DNA of 64,000 nt. Source: an uncultured Saprospiraceae bacterium. GTDB taxonomy: Bacteria; Bacteroidota; Bacteroidia; Chitinophagales; Saprospiraceae. Numbering within the stretch: position 1 is the first letter of the stretch; each line of letters begins with the position of its first letter. The stretch covers positions 55,098 through 119,097 of the forward strand of contig CAZQDZ010000006.1 in assembly GCA_964591455.1 (NCBI GenBank), in the 5' to 3' direction. A program made the position numbers and the translations under genes. The notes below the pieces were generated by a model. That model made no database searches. It was not told where the DNA came from and saw only the letters and a list, made by a program, of their open reading frames with translations. Below are positions 9,259-19,852 of this stretch, piece after piece.

Positions 9259-10356
9259 ATGAAGGAGATTAGGGAGATTATCAAGCGGTATGAAAGCACA
9301 GATTTCGATAAAGAAAGTATTGCACTTGCGACTGTGGTCAAGGTAGAAGCGTCTTCTTATAGGAGGATCGGCGCAAGGATGCTCGTAAGCAGCAGTGGAC
9401 AATGGATAGGTGGAATAAGCGGCGGCTGCTTAGAAGGTGATGCCTTACGGCGTTCACAGCAAGCCATCTATAGCAAGGTGCCGAGTAGTGTTGTATATGA
9501 TACTATGGATGATGACGAAAACGAAATAGGCGTTGGTCTTGGTTGTAATGGTCGGATAGAAGTCTTACTTATTCCTATAGACCCAGATGATAAAAACAAC
9601 CCCATAGAACGCCTAAAGCAAATAGTAAAGCTCAATGAACCCGTCGTTTTGGTTTCTACCTTCAATAGCCCTCATCAGGATAAACTAGGTAGCAGCTTTA
9701 TTGCCATGCAAGATAAAGCCCTTCTTTCTTTCAATGGTATAAAGGCAGAAAACCTCCAGCAACATATAGATACCACCTCATCCAAACGACGTTCACATAC
9801 TTTCGACATGGAGGATAAAGACGGCGCTAAGCATCAGCTTTTGTTTGAATTTATCCGACCAGAAATGAAACTTGTCATCATAGGCGACAACTATGATGTG
9901 AATGCCCTAGCAGGTATTGTCAAGGAATTGGGATGGGAGTTATACATCGTAGGTCGTAGAAAGAAGATTCATAAAAACACTTACGTTTTAGCCAAAAAAG
10001 TATACGAGTATGAGGACTACGAGCAGGTCATCATAGATGAGTACACTTCAGTCCTGATGATGACGCATGACTACAATTGGGATAAAATCATCCTCAGAAA
10101 AGTATTGGATCAGAAGCCATCTTATGTCGGTATGCTGGGCCCTAAAAAGCGTATGCAAAAAATGGAAAAGGAAGCAGGCCTAGAAACCCTTTCTGAAGTC
10201 AGTTTCTTTTATAGCCCTGTAGGCCTAGACATTGGTGCTGAGACCCCAGAAGAAATTGCCATATCTATCATAGCTGAAATACTAGCAGTGTATAGGAATC
10301 GTGATGGCAATCAACTGAGACATAGGGAAGGGACTATACATGAACGATATCTATAG
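9259..10356 (+). CDS. xdhC: XdhC family Mo-hydroxylase maturation (Moco insertion) protein
   Basis: N-terminal XdhC/CoxI domain (ALATVVKVEASSYRRIGARMLV) plus a C-terminal Rossmann domain. I chose the ATG at 9259 instead of the TTG at 9214 used by the ORF track. Confidence 0.8.
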   Translation: MKEIREIIKRYESTDFDKESIALATVVKVEASSYRRIGARMLVSSSGQWIGGISGGCLEGDALRRSQQAIYSKVPSSVVYDTMDDDENEIGVGLGCNGRIEVLLIPIDPDDKNNPIERLKQIVKLNEPVVLVSTFNSPHQDKLGSSFIAMQDKALLSFNGIKAENLQQHIDTTSSKRRSHTFDMEDKDGAKHQLLFEFIRPEMKLVIIGDNYDVNALAGIVKELGWELYIVGRRKKIHKNTYVLAKKVYEYEDYEQVIIDEYTSVLMMTHDYNWDKIILRKVLDQKPSYVGMLGPKKRMQKMEKEAGLETLSEVSFFYSPVGLDIGAETPEEIAISIIAEILAVYRNRDGNQLRHREGTIHERYL

Positions 10357-10520
10357 TAAGGAGGAATCGTAACTAGTGCTCTCACTCTCATAAGTCTGGC
10401 AGGATATCTCATGATTAATTCGCTTAATGATGTTAAAAATTATAATTAAGTTCGAACTTCTATTTTGAGATAGAAAAGTCTATTCATGAAAGTCATTTTC
10501 TAGACACATACAAAACGCCT

Positions 10521-12047
10521 ATGAAAGCGGGTATTCCCAAAGAAATAACAAAAGAAGAATCCAGAGTCGGCGCCACTCCCAAGACAGTCAAGAGGTTGCT
10601 CAAGCAAGGTTTTGAAGTACTTATAGAATCTGGGGCTGGACACAGTGCTAATTATTCTGATGAGGCCTACAAAGAAGCTGGCGCTACTATCATTCCTGAT
10701 GCGACAGTCCTGTATAAGGAAAGTGATATTATCCTTAAGGTTCAGCCAGTCACAGATACAGAAATCGACCTCATGCATGAAGGTCAAGTCAGTCTAAGTT
10801 ATCTGAGTCCTGGAAACAACGCAGAAAAATTAAAAAAGCTCGCTAGCAAAGGTGTGAATGCCATTGCGATGGATGCCATTCCTAGAATCTCTCGTGCACA
10901 AAAGATGGATGTGCTTTCTTCCATGGCCAATATTGCAGGTTACAGATCTGTGATAGAAGGGGCAAATCATTTTGGAAGATTCCTCAATGGCCAGATTACT
11001 GCGGCAGGAAAAGTAGAACCAGCTAAGGTACTTGTGATAGGTGCAGGAGTAGCAGGACTGGCAGCGATAGGCACTGCAAAATCACTGGGAGCAATAGTTC
11101 GTGCTTTTGATACGAGGATGGAAGTGGCGGAGCAGATAGAAAGTATGGGAGCCCAATTTCTAAGTGTAGAGATAGATGAAGACGGTTCTACATCCTCAGG
11201 TTATTCTAAGGTCATGAGTCCTGAATTCATTGCTGCTGAAATGGAACTATTTTCAGAGCAAGCAAAGGAGGTAGATATCATAATTACTACGGCGCAGATT
11301 CCAGGACGAAAAGCACCTGAACTCATACTTGATTATCACGTAGCTGCCATGAAGTCAGGCTCAGTCATCGTAGACTTGGCGGCTTCCTCAGGAGGAAATT
11401 GTACAGAAACCAGAAATGGAGAAATCTATACCACTGCTAATGGCGTGACCATCATAGGAAAACTAGACCAGTTGCCTGCTCAGGCGAGTCAGCTCTATGG
11501 CAACAACCTTTGTCACTTGTTAGATGACATGGGAAAGGAGACAGATTTCAAAATAGACATGACTGATGATGTTATCAGTAGAGCCATGGTCACTCACGAT
11601 GGAAAAGTCAATTGGCCACCGAAACCTCTACCCGTCAGTCCGCAGAAACCAAAAAATGTAGAGAAAAATTCGGAAGAGCAAACACTAATTAAAGCAGAGA
11701 AAAAGAAAACCAACCCATTACTCATTTTAGTTGTTTTGGGTGCAATTTTATATCTCTTGGCGTTGGTTGCGCCACCAGCTTTTATGGGACACTTTACTGT
11801 CTTTGTCTTATCATGTTTTGTAGGATGGCAGGTGATTTGGAATGTAAGTCATTCATTACATACGCCATTGATGGCAGTAACCAATGCCATAAGTGGTATT
11901 ATCATTATAGGCGGATTATTACAAACCAAAGCTAACTTATCAGACCCCATGTCCATCTTAGCATTGATTGCAATTTTTGTTGCGAGTATCAATATTATCG
12001 GTGGTTTTTTAGTCACGCATCGTATGCTCAAAATGTTTAAGAAGTAA
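10521..12047 (+). CDS. pntA: NAD(P) transhydrogenase subunit alpha
   Basis: Alanine-dehydrogenase-like dI domain with Rossmann motif [13 protein letters not shown]. The C-terminus has TM helices. pntB follows immediately. Confidence 0.9.
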   Translation: MKAGIPKEITKEESRVGATPKTVKRLLKQGFEVLIESGAGHSANYSDEAYKEAGATIIPDATVLYKESDIILKVQPVTDTEIDLMHEGQVSLSYLSPGNNAEKLKKLASKGVNAIAMDAIPRISRAQKMDVLSSMANIAGYRSVIEGANHFGRFLNGQITAAGKVEPAKVLVIGAGVAGLAAIGTAKSLGAIVRAFDTRMEVAEQIESMGAQFLSVEIDEDGSTSSGYSKVMSPEFIAAEMELFSEQAKEVDIIITTAQIPGRKAPELILDYHVAAMKSGSVIVDLAASSGGNCTETRNGEIYTTANGVTIIGKLDQLPAQASQLYGNNLCHLLDDMGKETDFKIDMTDDVISRAMVTHDGKVNWPPKPLPVSPQKPKNVEKNSEEQTLIKAEKKKTNPLLILVVLGAILYLLALVAPPAFMGHFTVFVLSCFVGWQVIWNVSHSLHTPLMAVTNAISGIIIIGGLLQTKANLSDPMSILALIAIFVASINIIGGFLVTHRMLKMFKK

Positions 12048-12049
12048 TT

Positions 12050-13444
12050 ATGATATCATCACAAATTCAATTGGCTTCTTATCTGTTTGCAAGTATTCTC
12101 TTTATACTCAGTTTAGGGGGGCTGTCTTCTCAGGAATCAGCTAAGAAAGGTGTACTCTACGGTATCGTGGGTATGATAATAGCCGTCGTATCTACTGTGC
12201 TTGGCGAAGGTGTCGAGGGTCATACTTATATCGTTATAGCCATATTAATTGCCGCTGTTATAGGCTGGGCAGTCGCTCGTAAGGTAGAGATGACCGCTAT
12301 GCCACAGCTGGTAGCCATCTTGCATAGTTTTGTTGGTTTAGCCGCGGTGCTCGTAGGATTTGGTTCATACTTAGATCCTAAAACGGCGAGACTGGCACCA
12401 GTAGAACATAATATCCATTTGGTAGAAATATTCATTGGGATATTTATCGGTGCTATAACCTTTACAGGGTCAATAATAGCCTGGGGAAAACTAGATGGAA
12501 AAATACGAAGCAAGGCTTTAGTATATCCAGGTAGACATGCCGTTAATATTCTATTGGTTATTGTTTGTTTGGTGCTAGGCTATTTCTTTATAGTTGCTAA
12601 TCATGGGGAAGGATTAATGCCTCTAATGATAATGGCAGGTATTGCGGCCTTTATAGGGGCGATGTTGGTCATGGCGATAGGTGGTGCAGATATGCCAGTA
12701 GTCGTTTCGATGCTCAATTCCTATTCTGGCTGGGCGGCAGCAGCTGCAGGATTTATGTTAGGCAATGATTTACTGATTGTGACTGGAGCACTGGTAGGTA
12801 GCTCAGGCGCCATTCTCTCCATCATTATGTGTGAGGCGATGAATCGTTCTTTTTTGTCTGTCATCTTCGGGGGCTTTGGAAATACATCGACTAGTAGTGC
12901 CAGCACTGAAATACAAGGTGAGGCTATCGCAACGACCCATGAAGACGTCGCAGAAATGTTATCAAATGCAAAGAATATAGTCATCGTGCCTGGATATGGA
13001 ATGGCGGTTGCCAAAGCACAGTATCCTGTCTATAGTCTTGTGGAACATCTAAGAAAGCAATCAAAGACAGTACAGTTCGCCATACATCCTGTAGCGGGTA
13101 GACTTCCAGGTCATATGAATGTCTTATTGGCTGAAGCCAATGTCCCTTATGATATTGTCTTGGAAATGGATGAGATCAATGACGACTTAGACGAGGTAGA
13201 TGTGGTGCTGGTTATAGGTGCTAATGATATTGTCAATCCAAGTGCATTGAATGACCCCAACAGTCCGATTGCAGGAATGCCTGTTATCCAAGTATGGAAG
13301 TCAGCTCAAGTCATCGTAATGAAGCGTTCTATGGCAACTGGATACGCTGGTGTACAAAACCCATTGTTCTTTAAGGATAATACATTAATGCTGTATGGAG
13401 ATGCTAAAGACAGTGTACAGAAAATAAATACAGCCTTAGGATAG
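12050..13444 (+). CDS. pntB: NAD(P) transhydrogenase subunit beta
   Basis: Polytopic N-terminal half and a soluble dIII NADP(H)-binding C-terminus ([12 protein letters not shown] ... [10 protein letters not shown]). Confidence 0.9.
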   Translation: MISSQIQLASYLFASILFILSLGGLSSQESAKKGVLYGIVGMIIAVVSTVLGEGVEGHTYIVIAILIAAVIGWAVARKVEMTAMPQLVAILHSFVGLAAVLVGFGSYLDPKTARLAPVEHNIHLVEIFIGIFIGAITFTGSIIAWGKLDGKIRSKALVYPGRHAVNILLVIVCLVLGYFFIVANHGEGLMPLMIMAGIAAFIGAMLVMAIGGADMPVVVSMLNSYSGWAAAAAGFMLGNDLLIVTGALVGSSGAILSIIMCEAMNRSFLSVIFGGFGNTSTSSASTEIQGEAIATTHEDVAEMLSNAKNIVIVPGYGMAVAKAQYPVYSLVEHLRKQSKTVQFAIHPVAGRLPGHMNVLLAEANVPYDIVLEMDEINDDLDEVDVVLVIGANDIVNPSALNDPNSPIAGMPVIQVWKSAQVIVMKRSMATGYAGVQNPLFFKDNTLMLYGDAKDSVQKINTALG

Positions 13445-13487
13445 CAATCCTAGTGAACTCAAAATTTACCAAATCCCAAGATAGAGG

Positions 13488-13964
13488 ATGTCCAAATTCA
13501 CACATATAGATGCATCAGGTCAGCCAAACATGGTCGATGTAACTGAGAAAAAAACTACCACTAGAACAGCAGTGGCGCAGACCATGATGATACTGGGAGA
13601 AGACGTTATCCAATCTCTTAAGGACAATAATTTCTCGACAAAGAAAGGGCCAGTCTTCCAGACCGCAATTGTTGCTGGTAATATGGCTGTCAAAAAAACC
13701 AGCGAACTGATTCCACTCTGTCATCCACTACTAATAAGTAAAGTCCAAATAGATATCGACATCAATGAGAAAGATGAAGTTGTCATTGAATGCATGGTCA
13801 AGATTGAAGGTAAGACAGGTGTGGAAATGGAAGCATTGACGGGCTGCAGTGTGGCTGCGCTGACCGTCTATGATATGGTAAAATCATTCTCCCACGATAT
13901 TCTGATTAAAGAAACAAAGTTGATTTCTAAGACTGGTGGCAAAAGTGATTTTAATGCCAGCTAA
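13488..13964 (+). CDS. moaC: Cyclic pyranopterin monophosphate synthase accessory protein MoaC
   Basis: 158 aa; MVDV..K..T.R.A ... LIPLCHPL ... GVEMEALT signature. Confidence 0.9.
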   Translation: MSKFTHIDASGQPNMVDVTEKKTTTRTAVAQTMMILGEDVIQSLKDNNFSTKKGPVFQTAIVAGNMAVKKTSELIPLCHPLLISKVQIDIDINEKDEVVIECMVKIEGKTGVEMEALTGCSVAALTVYDMVKSFSHDILIKETKLISKTGGKSDFNAS

Positions 13965-14103
13965 GCATCAGAAACATGGCTTCGTATTCAGACTGTGGTT
14001 TGCCGTGATAGTCTATGTCACTTTTGGCTGAGCCTAGTCGTTGGCTTTTGCCGCCATTTATTATGAGGCCTTTCAGTGGGAGCTTGGTTTTCTTTGCTTT
14101 GTT
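13951..14103 (-). pseudogene. MobA-like nucleotidyltransferase N-terminal fragment (remnant)
   Basis: Not in the ORF track. The minus-strand frame reads NKAKKTKLPLKGLIINGGKSQRLGSAKSDIDYHGKPQSEYEAMFLMLSWH*. The G.I.(A/N)GGKS.R(M/L)G..K....Y.GKP block is the MobA/NTP_transf_3 N-terminal signature. There is no ATG, and the frame stops after ~50 codons, overlapping the moaC 3' end. Confidence 0.5.
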
Positions 14104-14236
14104 CTAGGATATAAACAGCTATCTTAACTAACTGCCCTATGTCAGTAAAAATAGAAAGAAGTAAGAAGACATCTGACAAGAATTGTGCTATATCACTACA
14201 GTACCTTCACCTCTTGCAGACTATCATTCATATATT

Positions 14237-16228
14237 CTAATTAAACTTCAAATTATAACTATCCCATAGGTAGTCATTACAATTTTCATTGTCTATAAAC
14301 ATATCTACCTGTATATCAGGATGAGTCACATAAGGTTCTATTTCTAATTCAAGATAAAAAGCACTGCCAACATTGCCATCAGCTATAAATGATTGGGTGT
14401 TTGTAACACTATCATATTGTCCTACTTCCCAACCTTGATTATTTGAAGAACTGGACACATTCCACCCTTCTCCAGTAAGTTGAATTGTGACTATTAACTC
14501 GTCATAGAGCTCTAGGTCCATAGACACGATTCCTTCGTCTAAGGTAGCATCATTGTCTAGAACATCTCCTTTGGGGTTTATACTAACCTCTATATCATTA
14601 AATAAACGAGAATCACGAACACCATTTACTATAGATTCTACATGAAATATTTTACAACTATAATCAAAAAGTGCTTCATAATAACCATATCCGTTCGCAG
14701 TTAACTCGTATATATTATTATCTCCATCAGTTCTTTCAAACACATCCCATCCATAGACATCAGGAAGGACAAGATCTCCTTCTATAATATATTTGACCTC
14801 AAAACCATCGGGTATCCACAAAGCTATTCCATAAATTTCTTGATAATCATCTAAGTAACTTGAAATGAAACTGCCATCAAATCCAAGGATATTTCTACTC
14901 TGTTCTTCCTGGAGTATCAAATTTCTAGGACCAGAAAGACTTGGCTCTATTCCATCTATCTTAATTTCTTTGACTCTAGTAGGTACTGAAGATCCATTTT
15001 CATAAATTTCTATCCTGATTGTTCCGTCAGTAACTCCCTGGATTCTTTCTTCCAAGTTTATTTCAAAGTCTAACATGCCACTTCTCGCCGAAGTAAACTC
15101 CCTGCCACTGTCCAATAAATCCTCACTTCTATCTTCCCAGTCTCCTACATACCAACCGGTATTCATTTGGCCGATTGAATAAGACCAATGAAAACCAACA
15201 ATTCTTATCTTCAAATCTGAACCCTCTTCCAAGTTAGCAGCTAACGAATAACCTTCAAAATCATCGTACACTGCCGTTTCTAAAGCTAGAAGATTAAGAC
15301 CATGTCTACCAGTTGCAGGGTAAGTAATACCAGAAGCAACTGCACAAGGTGTTTCTTGATTAAACATCTCAAGCTGCGCAGAAAAATCTGGAATACTAAC
15401 CGTAATTTGTTCTCCGTTATACCAATCTTCTAAATGGTTTTTTATCGATTCAGCATTGAGACGAGAAGCTACTGAGGCCAATGATGTACAAATATTTTCA
15501 TCATCTAAAAGACCATCTTCCCTAAGGTCAAATTTGATTCTAGATACAAGAGCTGAAAGATCGCCTACAGACAAATGGCCTTGTAATATAGATGAGATGG
15601 CCAGCAATGAGGCATTGCCTTCATTATCTATTGTAATGTTTAGATCATCTAAATTACCAGAACTAGAAACTTCCTGATAGAAGACTTCCAATACTTCAGT
15701 TGCCGCTTGAGATTTTGCTTCTGTAAATGAAGATCCATTCGCTATAAGATATTCTACTCTATCTTTCTCTAAGGTTGTCAGTATATTGATATTGATAGTA
15801 GACTCATCAGAAAGGTCTACTAAGGCAGATAAATTTAGTGGCGCATCTGAGGTGTTGCCTGTAACTTCATTATAGTAGAAGCCATTTGATCTTAGTTCTA
15901 CAAAAGGAGAAACTAGATCTAGATTAGCAAAACGAAATTGCCCGATATTATTATTAATTTCTGTCGTAAAAGTTCGACCAGTAGGAGTCAAATCTTGTTC
16001 TAACTCAAATATCGTCACATTAGTGCCGACAACATAAGGTCCTTTCTGTGAAGCGCCGGTCAATTCTTTGACCATAAAAACATCAGTTTCGCTATTTGTG
16101 TTTTCGTCTTCATTATTTGTCTCAGTAGGCTCAATGATATCTTCATCTTTAGTACAAGACTGTAAAGAGAGTCCAAAAATGATAGCTACAATAAGAAAAC
16201 TAATATTGGAATGTAGTAGTTGTTTCAT
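14237..16228 (-). CDS. Hypothetical lipoprotein (663 aa)
   Basis: Signal peptide with a lipobox (IFGLSLQSCTKDED), then an acidic linker and a long beta-rich body. No family recognised. Confidence 0.6.
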   Translation of the reverse strand: MKQLLHSNISFLIVAIIFGLSLQSCTKDEDIIEPTETNNEDENTNSETDVFMVKELTGASQKGPYVVGTNVTIFELEQDLTPTGRTFTTEINNNIGQFRFANLDLVSPFVELRSNGFYYNEVTGNTSDAPLNLSALVDLSDESTININILTTLEKDRVEYLIANGSSFTEAKSQAATEVLEVFYQEVSSSGNLDDLNITIDNEGNASLLAISSILQGHLSVGDLSALVSRIKFDLREDGLLDDENICTSLASVASRLNAESIKNHLEDWYNGEQITVSIPDFSAQLEMFNQETPCAVASGITYPATGRHGLNLLALETAVYDDFEGYSLAANLEEGSDLKIRIVGFHWSYSIGQMNTGWYVGDWEDRSEDLLDSGREFTSARSGMLDFEINLEERIQGVTDGTIRIEIYENGSSVPTRVKEIKIDGIEPSLSGPRNLILQEEQSRNILGFDGSFISSYLDDYQEIYGIALWIPDGFEVKYIIEGDLVLPDVYGWDVFERTDGDNNIYELTANGYGYYEALFDYSCKIFHVESIVNGVRDSRLFNDIEVSINPKGDVLDNDATLDEGIVSMDLELYDELIVTIQLTGEGWNVSSSSNNQGWEVGQYDSVTNTQSFIADGNVGSAFYLELEIEPYVTHPDIQVDMFIDNENCNDYLWDSYNLKFN

Positions 16229-16565
16229 CGTAATTGGGATTTATTTTAGTTTTCTTACGATTGTCCAATCTCTATTCCAAAAAAAAGACAAATTGACTCT
16301 ATTTTCATTTTCTAATTTCCTATTTCATCACTATTTCATTTTATGCAAACTAGCTTGCAAAAAAAAGATTTAATCAAGATTGCAAAAGAAAATAACTTAA
16401 GACTGCTCCTATCAGTGGTTAGCAACATGGTACTTCAAAATAATACCACATTAATATTATCTTTCACCAAGGAAATACGACAGTAAAATAATAGTTAAAA
16501 ATCTATCCGATTAAGACAGAAAAACCTTTAAGTAGACCACAATAAACATCCAGCTTTAAAGCCAC

Positions 16566-17003
16566 CTAACCTTCTATATTCAAAATCTCTTTACTACTTC
16601 TATAGACTGTGCCTCTGAAATAGTAATAGACTTCCCCTGCTTCATTCATTACATTTACATCAAAGTCTGCGGTCTTATGTGATACATTGAGTGCGATTGC
16701 CTCAGCGTAAATAACCTCGCCCAATTGTGCAGATTTAGAATAAGTCATACTGCCATTAATAGAGACGGCTAACCTTCCATAGGAATTGGACGCAAAGGCA
16801 AAGGCGCTATCGGCAAAAGTAAAAGCAATACCACCATGAAGAATTCCATAGCCATTAAGCATTTCTTTTCGTATAGTCATCTGTAACTTGCAATGACCTT
16901 CTTTTATAAAAACAGGAGATGCTTCAAGCCATTGTGTACAATAATCTTTCTCCATCATTTTCTCATAGACAGCAACAGCGAGTTTATTCTTATCTTCCAT
17001 CAT
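16566..17003 (-). CDS. PaaI-family hotdog-fold thioesterase
   Basis: NGYGILHGGIAFTFADSAFAFA is the PaaI/YbgC-type motif. I chose the ATG at 17003; the track start at 17081 would overlap the moeA 3' end. Confidence 0.75.
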   Translation of the reverse strand: MMEDKNKLAVAVYEKMMEKDYCTQWLEASPVFIKEGHCKLQMTIRKEMLNGYGILHGGIAFTFADSAFAFASNSYGRLAVSINGSMTYSKSAQLGEVIYAEAIALNVSHKTADFDVNVMNEAGEVYYYFRGTVYRSSKEILNIEG

Positions 17004-17052
17004 ACCTGTAATATGTGAGTAAGTTATAAGGATTGTTTTATCGAAAAGTAAT

Positions 17053-18237
17053 CTAAGTCTTGAGAAAAGGAAAGCTTTCACCTTTTTTAAATATTTCTCG
17101 TCTGCTTGGCAACTCTACCAATCCATTGGTTTGTCTAAGATTTATAAAATCTCCTGAACCATTACCAGGATAAGGCTGGGCCATAATCTGTCCACTCTCA
17201 TTTGTCGTCAATGCCACAGGCAAAAAGTAATGCAAGTCAGGCTTGAAGGTAACATCCGATGACAACATTGCATATGTGACTCGTTCCTTATTTACGCCTA
17301 AAGTTGACCGTAGCCAATGCTCAATATACTTCTTAGCACAAACGAAACTTGATACAGGATTACCAGGTAGCCCAAAGACGACGGTGTTTACATTTCTGCC
17401 GAACCACAACGGCTTCCCTGGACGTTGTTTAATTTTATGAAAGATTTCTTTGATACCTAAGGTCCTTAAAGCTTCTGGTATAAAATCAAACTTGCCTTTG
17501 GATACACCACCAGAGAGGACGACCAAGTCATCATTCTGTATAACATTACCTAGCTTCTCTAAAATGACTTCCTTGTCATCGGGCAGGTGTAACAAGTTAG
17601 CGTTGATCCCCCATTTAGCTAATAGAGCAGCAACTGTATAAGAATTAGATTTTCTAATCTGATGTGTAAGTGGAGTTTTATGTACATCTACCAATTCATC
17701 TCCAGTAGAAATAATAGTCACAGTAGGTAAGGTCGCCACTTCGAGCTCTGACTTACCTAAACTGGCAGCTATGGCTAATTCTTGTGTTCTTATACGCGTA
17801 CCTGGATGTATAAGCTCCAAATCTGCAGGCATGTCGGATCCTTCAAAATGTACATTCTGGTCCTTATTTATAGGGACATTGATAGAAGCAAAATCATTCT
17901 CTATACTCAGGTCTTCATATCTTATAACAGTATCGGTCCCTGCAGGTAGTACTGCCCCCGTCATCACCTCCAGACAAGAATTCGCATCCTTTAGTGTCAT
18001 TTGCGGTGCACCTGCTGCTGCAATACCTTCTATTCTTATTTTATCTCTAGAGATCAAGCCATCAAAGTTGACAGAGATACCATCCATAGTGACTCTATGA
18101 TAGGGTGGAATAGGTCTGTCCGTCTTTATGGTTTCTGCCAGTATGCGATCGATGGCTGCATGAAAAGAAATACTCTCTGTTCCTAGTTCAGATCTATTCT
18201 GAGTAATAAGATCTAAGGCTTCTTGTACTGTAATCAT
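17053..18237 (-). CDS. moeA: Molybdopterin molybdotransferase MoeA
   Basis: 394 aa with the MoeA N/linker/MoCF-binding/C layout (SGGVSKGKFDF, PGNPVSS). Confidence 0.9.
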   Translation of the reverse strand: MITVQEALDLITQNRSELGTESISFHAAIDRILAETIKTDRPIPPYHRVTMDGISVNFDGLISRDKIRIEGIAAAGAPQMTLKDANSCLEVMTGAVLPAGTDTVIRYEDLSIENDFASINVPINKDQNVHFEGSDMPADLELIHPGTRIRTQELAIAASLGKSELEVATLPTVTIISTGDELVDVHKTPLTHQIRKSNSYTVAALLAKWGINANLLHLPDDKEVILEKLGNVIQNDDLVVLSGGVSKGKFDFIPEALRTLGIKEIFHKIKQRPGKPLWFGRNVNTVVFGLPGNPVSSFVCAKKYIEHWLRSTLGVNKERVTYAMLSSDVTFKPDLHYFLPVALTTNESGQIMAQPYPGNGSGDFINLRQTNGLVELPSRREIFKKGESFPFLKT

Positions 18238-19214
18238 TAGCCTCCTATTGTAGACATGGATTCGGAAACGTGTTGCGATCGATTGCGTTCTGCTTCATAT
18301 CCATCTTTGCTTTTCATGGACAAGGCTTGCTTTATGATATCGAGGACCTGTGCATCAGTAGCGCCATTACGCATGAAATCTCTTATATTAAATACCCCTT
18401 GGTCATATAAGCAAGTCTTAAACAAGCCTTGTGCTGTAATCCTAATACGGTTGCAACTGCCACAGAAACTTCTGGTAAAAGCCGGTATGACACCAAAGCT
18501 TCCTTTATGCTCTTTGACTTTATAATTCATAGAGGTAGAATACTTGGGATCTTGCAGTTTTTCTATTTCAGGATATTGGGATTGGATATGTTCCATTATT
18601 CTAAGATAATTCCATTCTAAAGTAGGCATGCTCTGATCACCATTAAAAGGCATCTCTTCTATGAATCGGACAGATACTTTGTTCTCTCTTGTCATTTCTA
18701 TAAAAGGAAGAATGTCTTCAGTATTCTTTCCATCCATGACGACACAATTAAGCCTAAGGTCTAAGTCTCTTTTCATCATCTCCTTTATGCAGGCCATCAC
18801 ATCATCAAATACATCTCTTCTAGTTACTTCATTGAATCTTTCTTTATCAAGACTATCGATACTGATGTTAAAGGACTTGATACCCATACTTAGCAATTCA
18901 TCCAGATGCTGAGCTGTCAGTGTTGCATTGGAAGTAATGGCTACTTTATCTATTCCTTTAGTTAGTGTAAGCTCTTTAAGTAGGTAGATGATGTCTTTTC
19001 TAAGGAAAGGCTCTCCTCCAGTGATTCTGATTTTATTGACACCTTCCTTAGCTAGCACCTGTGCTACACGCAGCATTTCCTCGTAACTGAGTAACTCTTT
19101 TTTTTTGACGAATGTCATATTCTCAGGCATACAGTAGGTGCAGCGCAGATTGCATTTATCAGTGACTGCAAGTCTGAGATAATTGACAGGGCGGTTATGT
19201 TTGTCTATGAGCAA
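18237..19214 (-). CDS. moaA: GTP 3',8-cyclase MoaA (radical SAM)
   Basis: CNLRCTYCMPE radical-SAM cluster, C-terminal CGSCNRIRITAQG cluster, terminal GG. TTG start. The stop overlaps the moeA start by 1 nt. Confidence 0.9.
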   Translation of the reverse strand: MLIDKHNRPVNYLRLAVTDKCNLRCTYCMPENMTFVKKKELLSYEEMLRVAQVLAKEGVNKIRITGGEPFLRKDIIYLLKELTLTKGIDKVAITSNATLTAQHLDELLSMGIKSFNISIDSLDKERFNEVTRRDVFDDVMACIKEMMKRDLDLRLNCVVMDGKNTEDILPFIEMTRENKVSVRFIEEMPFNGDQSMPTLEWNYLRIMEHIQSQYPEIEKLQDPKYSTSMNYKVKEHKGSFGVIPAFTRSFCGSCNRIRITAQGLFKTCLYDQGVFNIRDFMRNGATDAQVLDIIKQALSMKSKDGYEAERNRSQHVSESMSTIGG

Positions 19215-19264
19215 GTTGGCTGAATAGGTATTTAAATTAAAAACAATATTTTTATCGCTAAGGT

Positions 19265-19852
19265 TTGAAAATATCAGGAATCATATTAGCTGCTGGTGCT
19301 TCTACCAGAATGACAAAGTACAAACAATTGCTCAGATTCAAAGGTGAATCCTTGCTGAAAGCAATTGTACACAAATGTCGACAATTAGAACTGAATGAGA
19401 TCGTATGTATTACTGGTTATTTAGATCATGAACTCAGGGCTGAGGCTATGAATGAGGGTATAACATTTATTCATAATATGAAACATAAAGAAGGAATGCT
19501 GGGCAGTCTGCAGCTAGGAATAAACCATGTGAATGATTCTTCAGCAGATGCCGCTTTAGTACTACTTACTGATCAACCGCTTATACCTCTCAGGCATTAC
19601 CAATCTATGATTTCTACAATGGTAGAGCATGAGGCCCAACTGGTAGCGACAAGTTATAATGAGATAATAGGAGTACCTGCAATATATACTAGACAATATT
19701 TTCAAGAGATAATGGCTTTAGAAAATAACCGCTCAGCCAAGTCTGTTCTAAAGCAACATAGGGATGAATTGATCGCTATAAAATGCACAGAAGCTGGTAT
19801 AGATGTAGATACCGACGAAGACTATCAAAACCTACTGGACCAATATGAGTGA
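19265..19852 (+). CDS. MobA-like NTP transferase, probable molybdenum cofactor cytidylyltransferase (MocA-like)
   Basis: GIILAAGASTRM N-terminal motif and LLTDQP motif. TTG start. It is divergent from moaA across a 50-bp spacer. The MocA rather than MobA assignment is inferred from the neighbouring XDH-family enzyme. Confidence 0.7.
   Translation: MKISGIILAAGASTRMTKYKQLLRFKGESLLKAIVHKCRQLELNEIVCITGYLDHELRAEAMNEGITFIHNMKHKEGMLGSLQLGINHVNDSSADAALVLLTDQPLIPLRHYQSMISTMVEHEAQLVATSYNEIIGVPAIYTRQYFQEIMALENNRSAKSVLKQHRDELIAIKCTEAGIDVDTDEDYQNLLDQYE

Noticed and set aside
13965-14236. GC-richer patch after moaC considered as a possible tRNA or small RNA.
   Set aside because: No cloverleaf could be drawn. 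The composition is explained by the mobA-like coding remnant on the minus strand.
16068-16373. 101-aa plus-strand ORF overlapping the 5' end of the 663-aa lipoprotein gene and its upstream spacer.
   Set aside because: It is an antisense, hydrophobic low-complexity translation of an AT-rich promoter region. No support.
19215-19264. Moco riboswitch upstream of moaA; I also looked upstream of moaC, moaD and iorA.
   Set aside because: The spacers are too short (50 bp, 43 bp and ~12 bp to the repeat) or show no extended conserved helices I could recognise. A covariance-model scan would be needed, so no claim is made.
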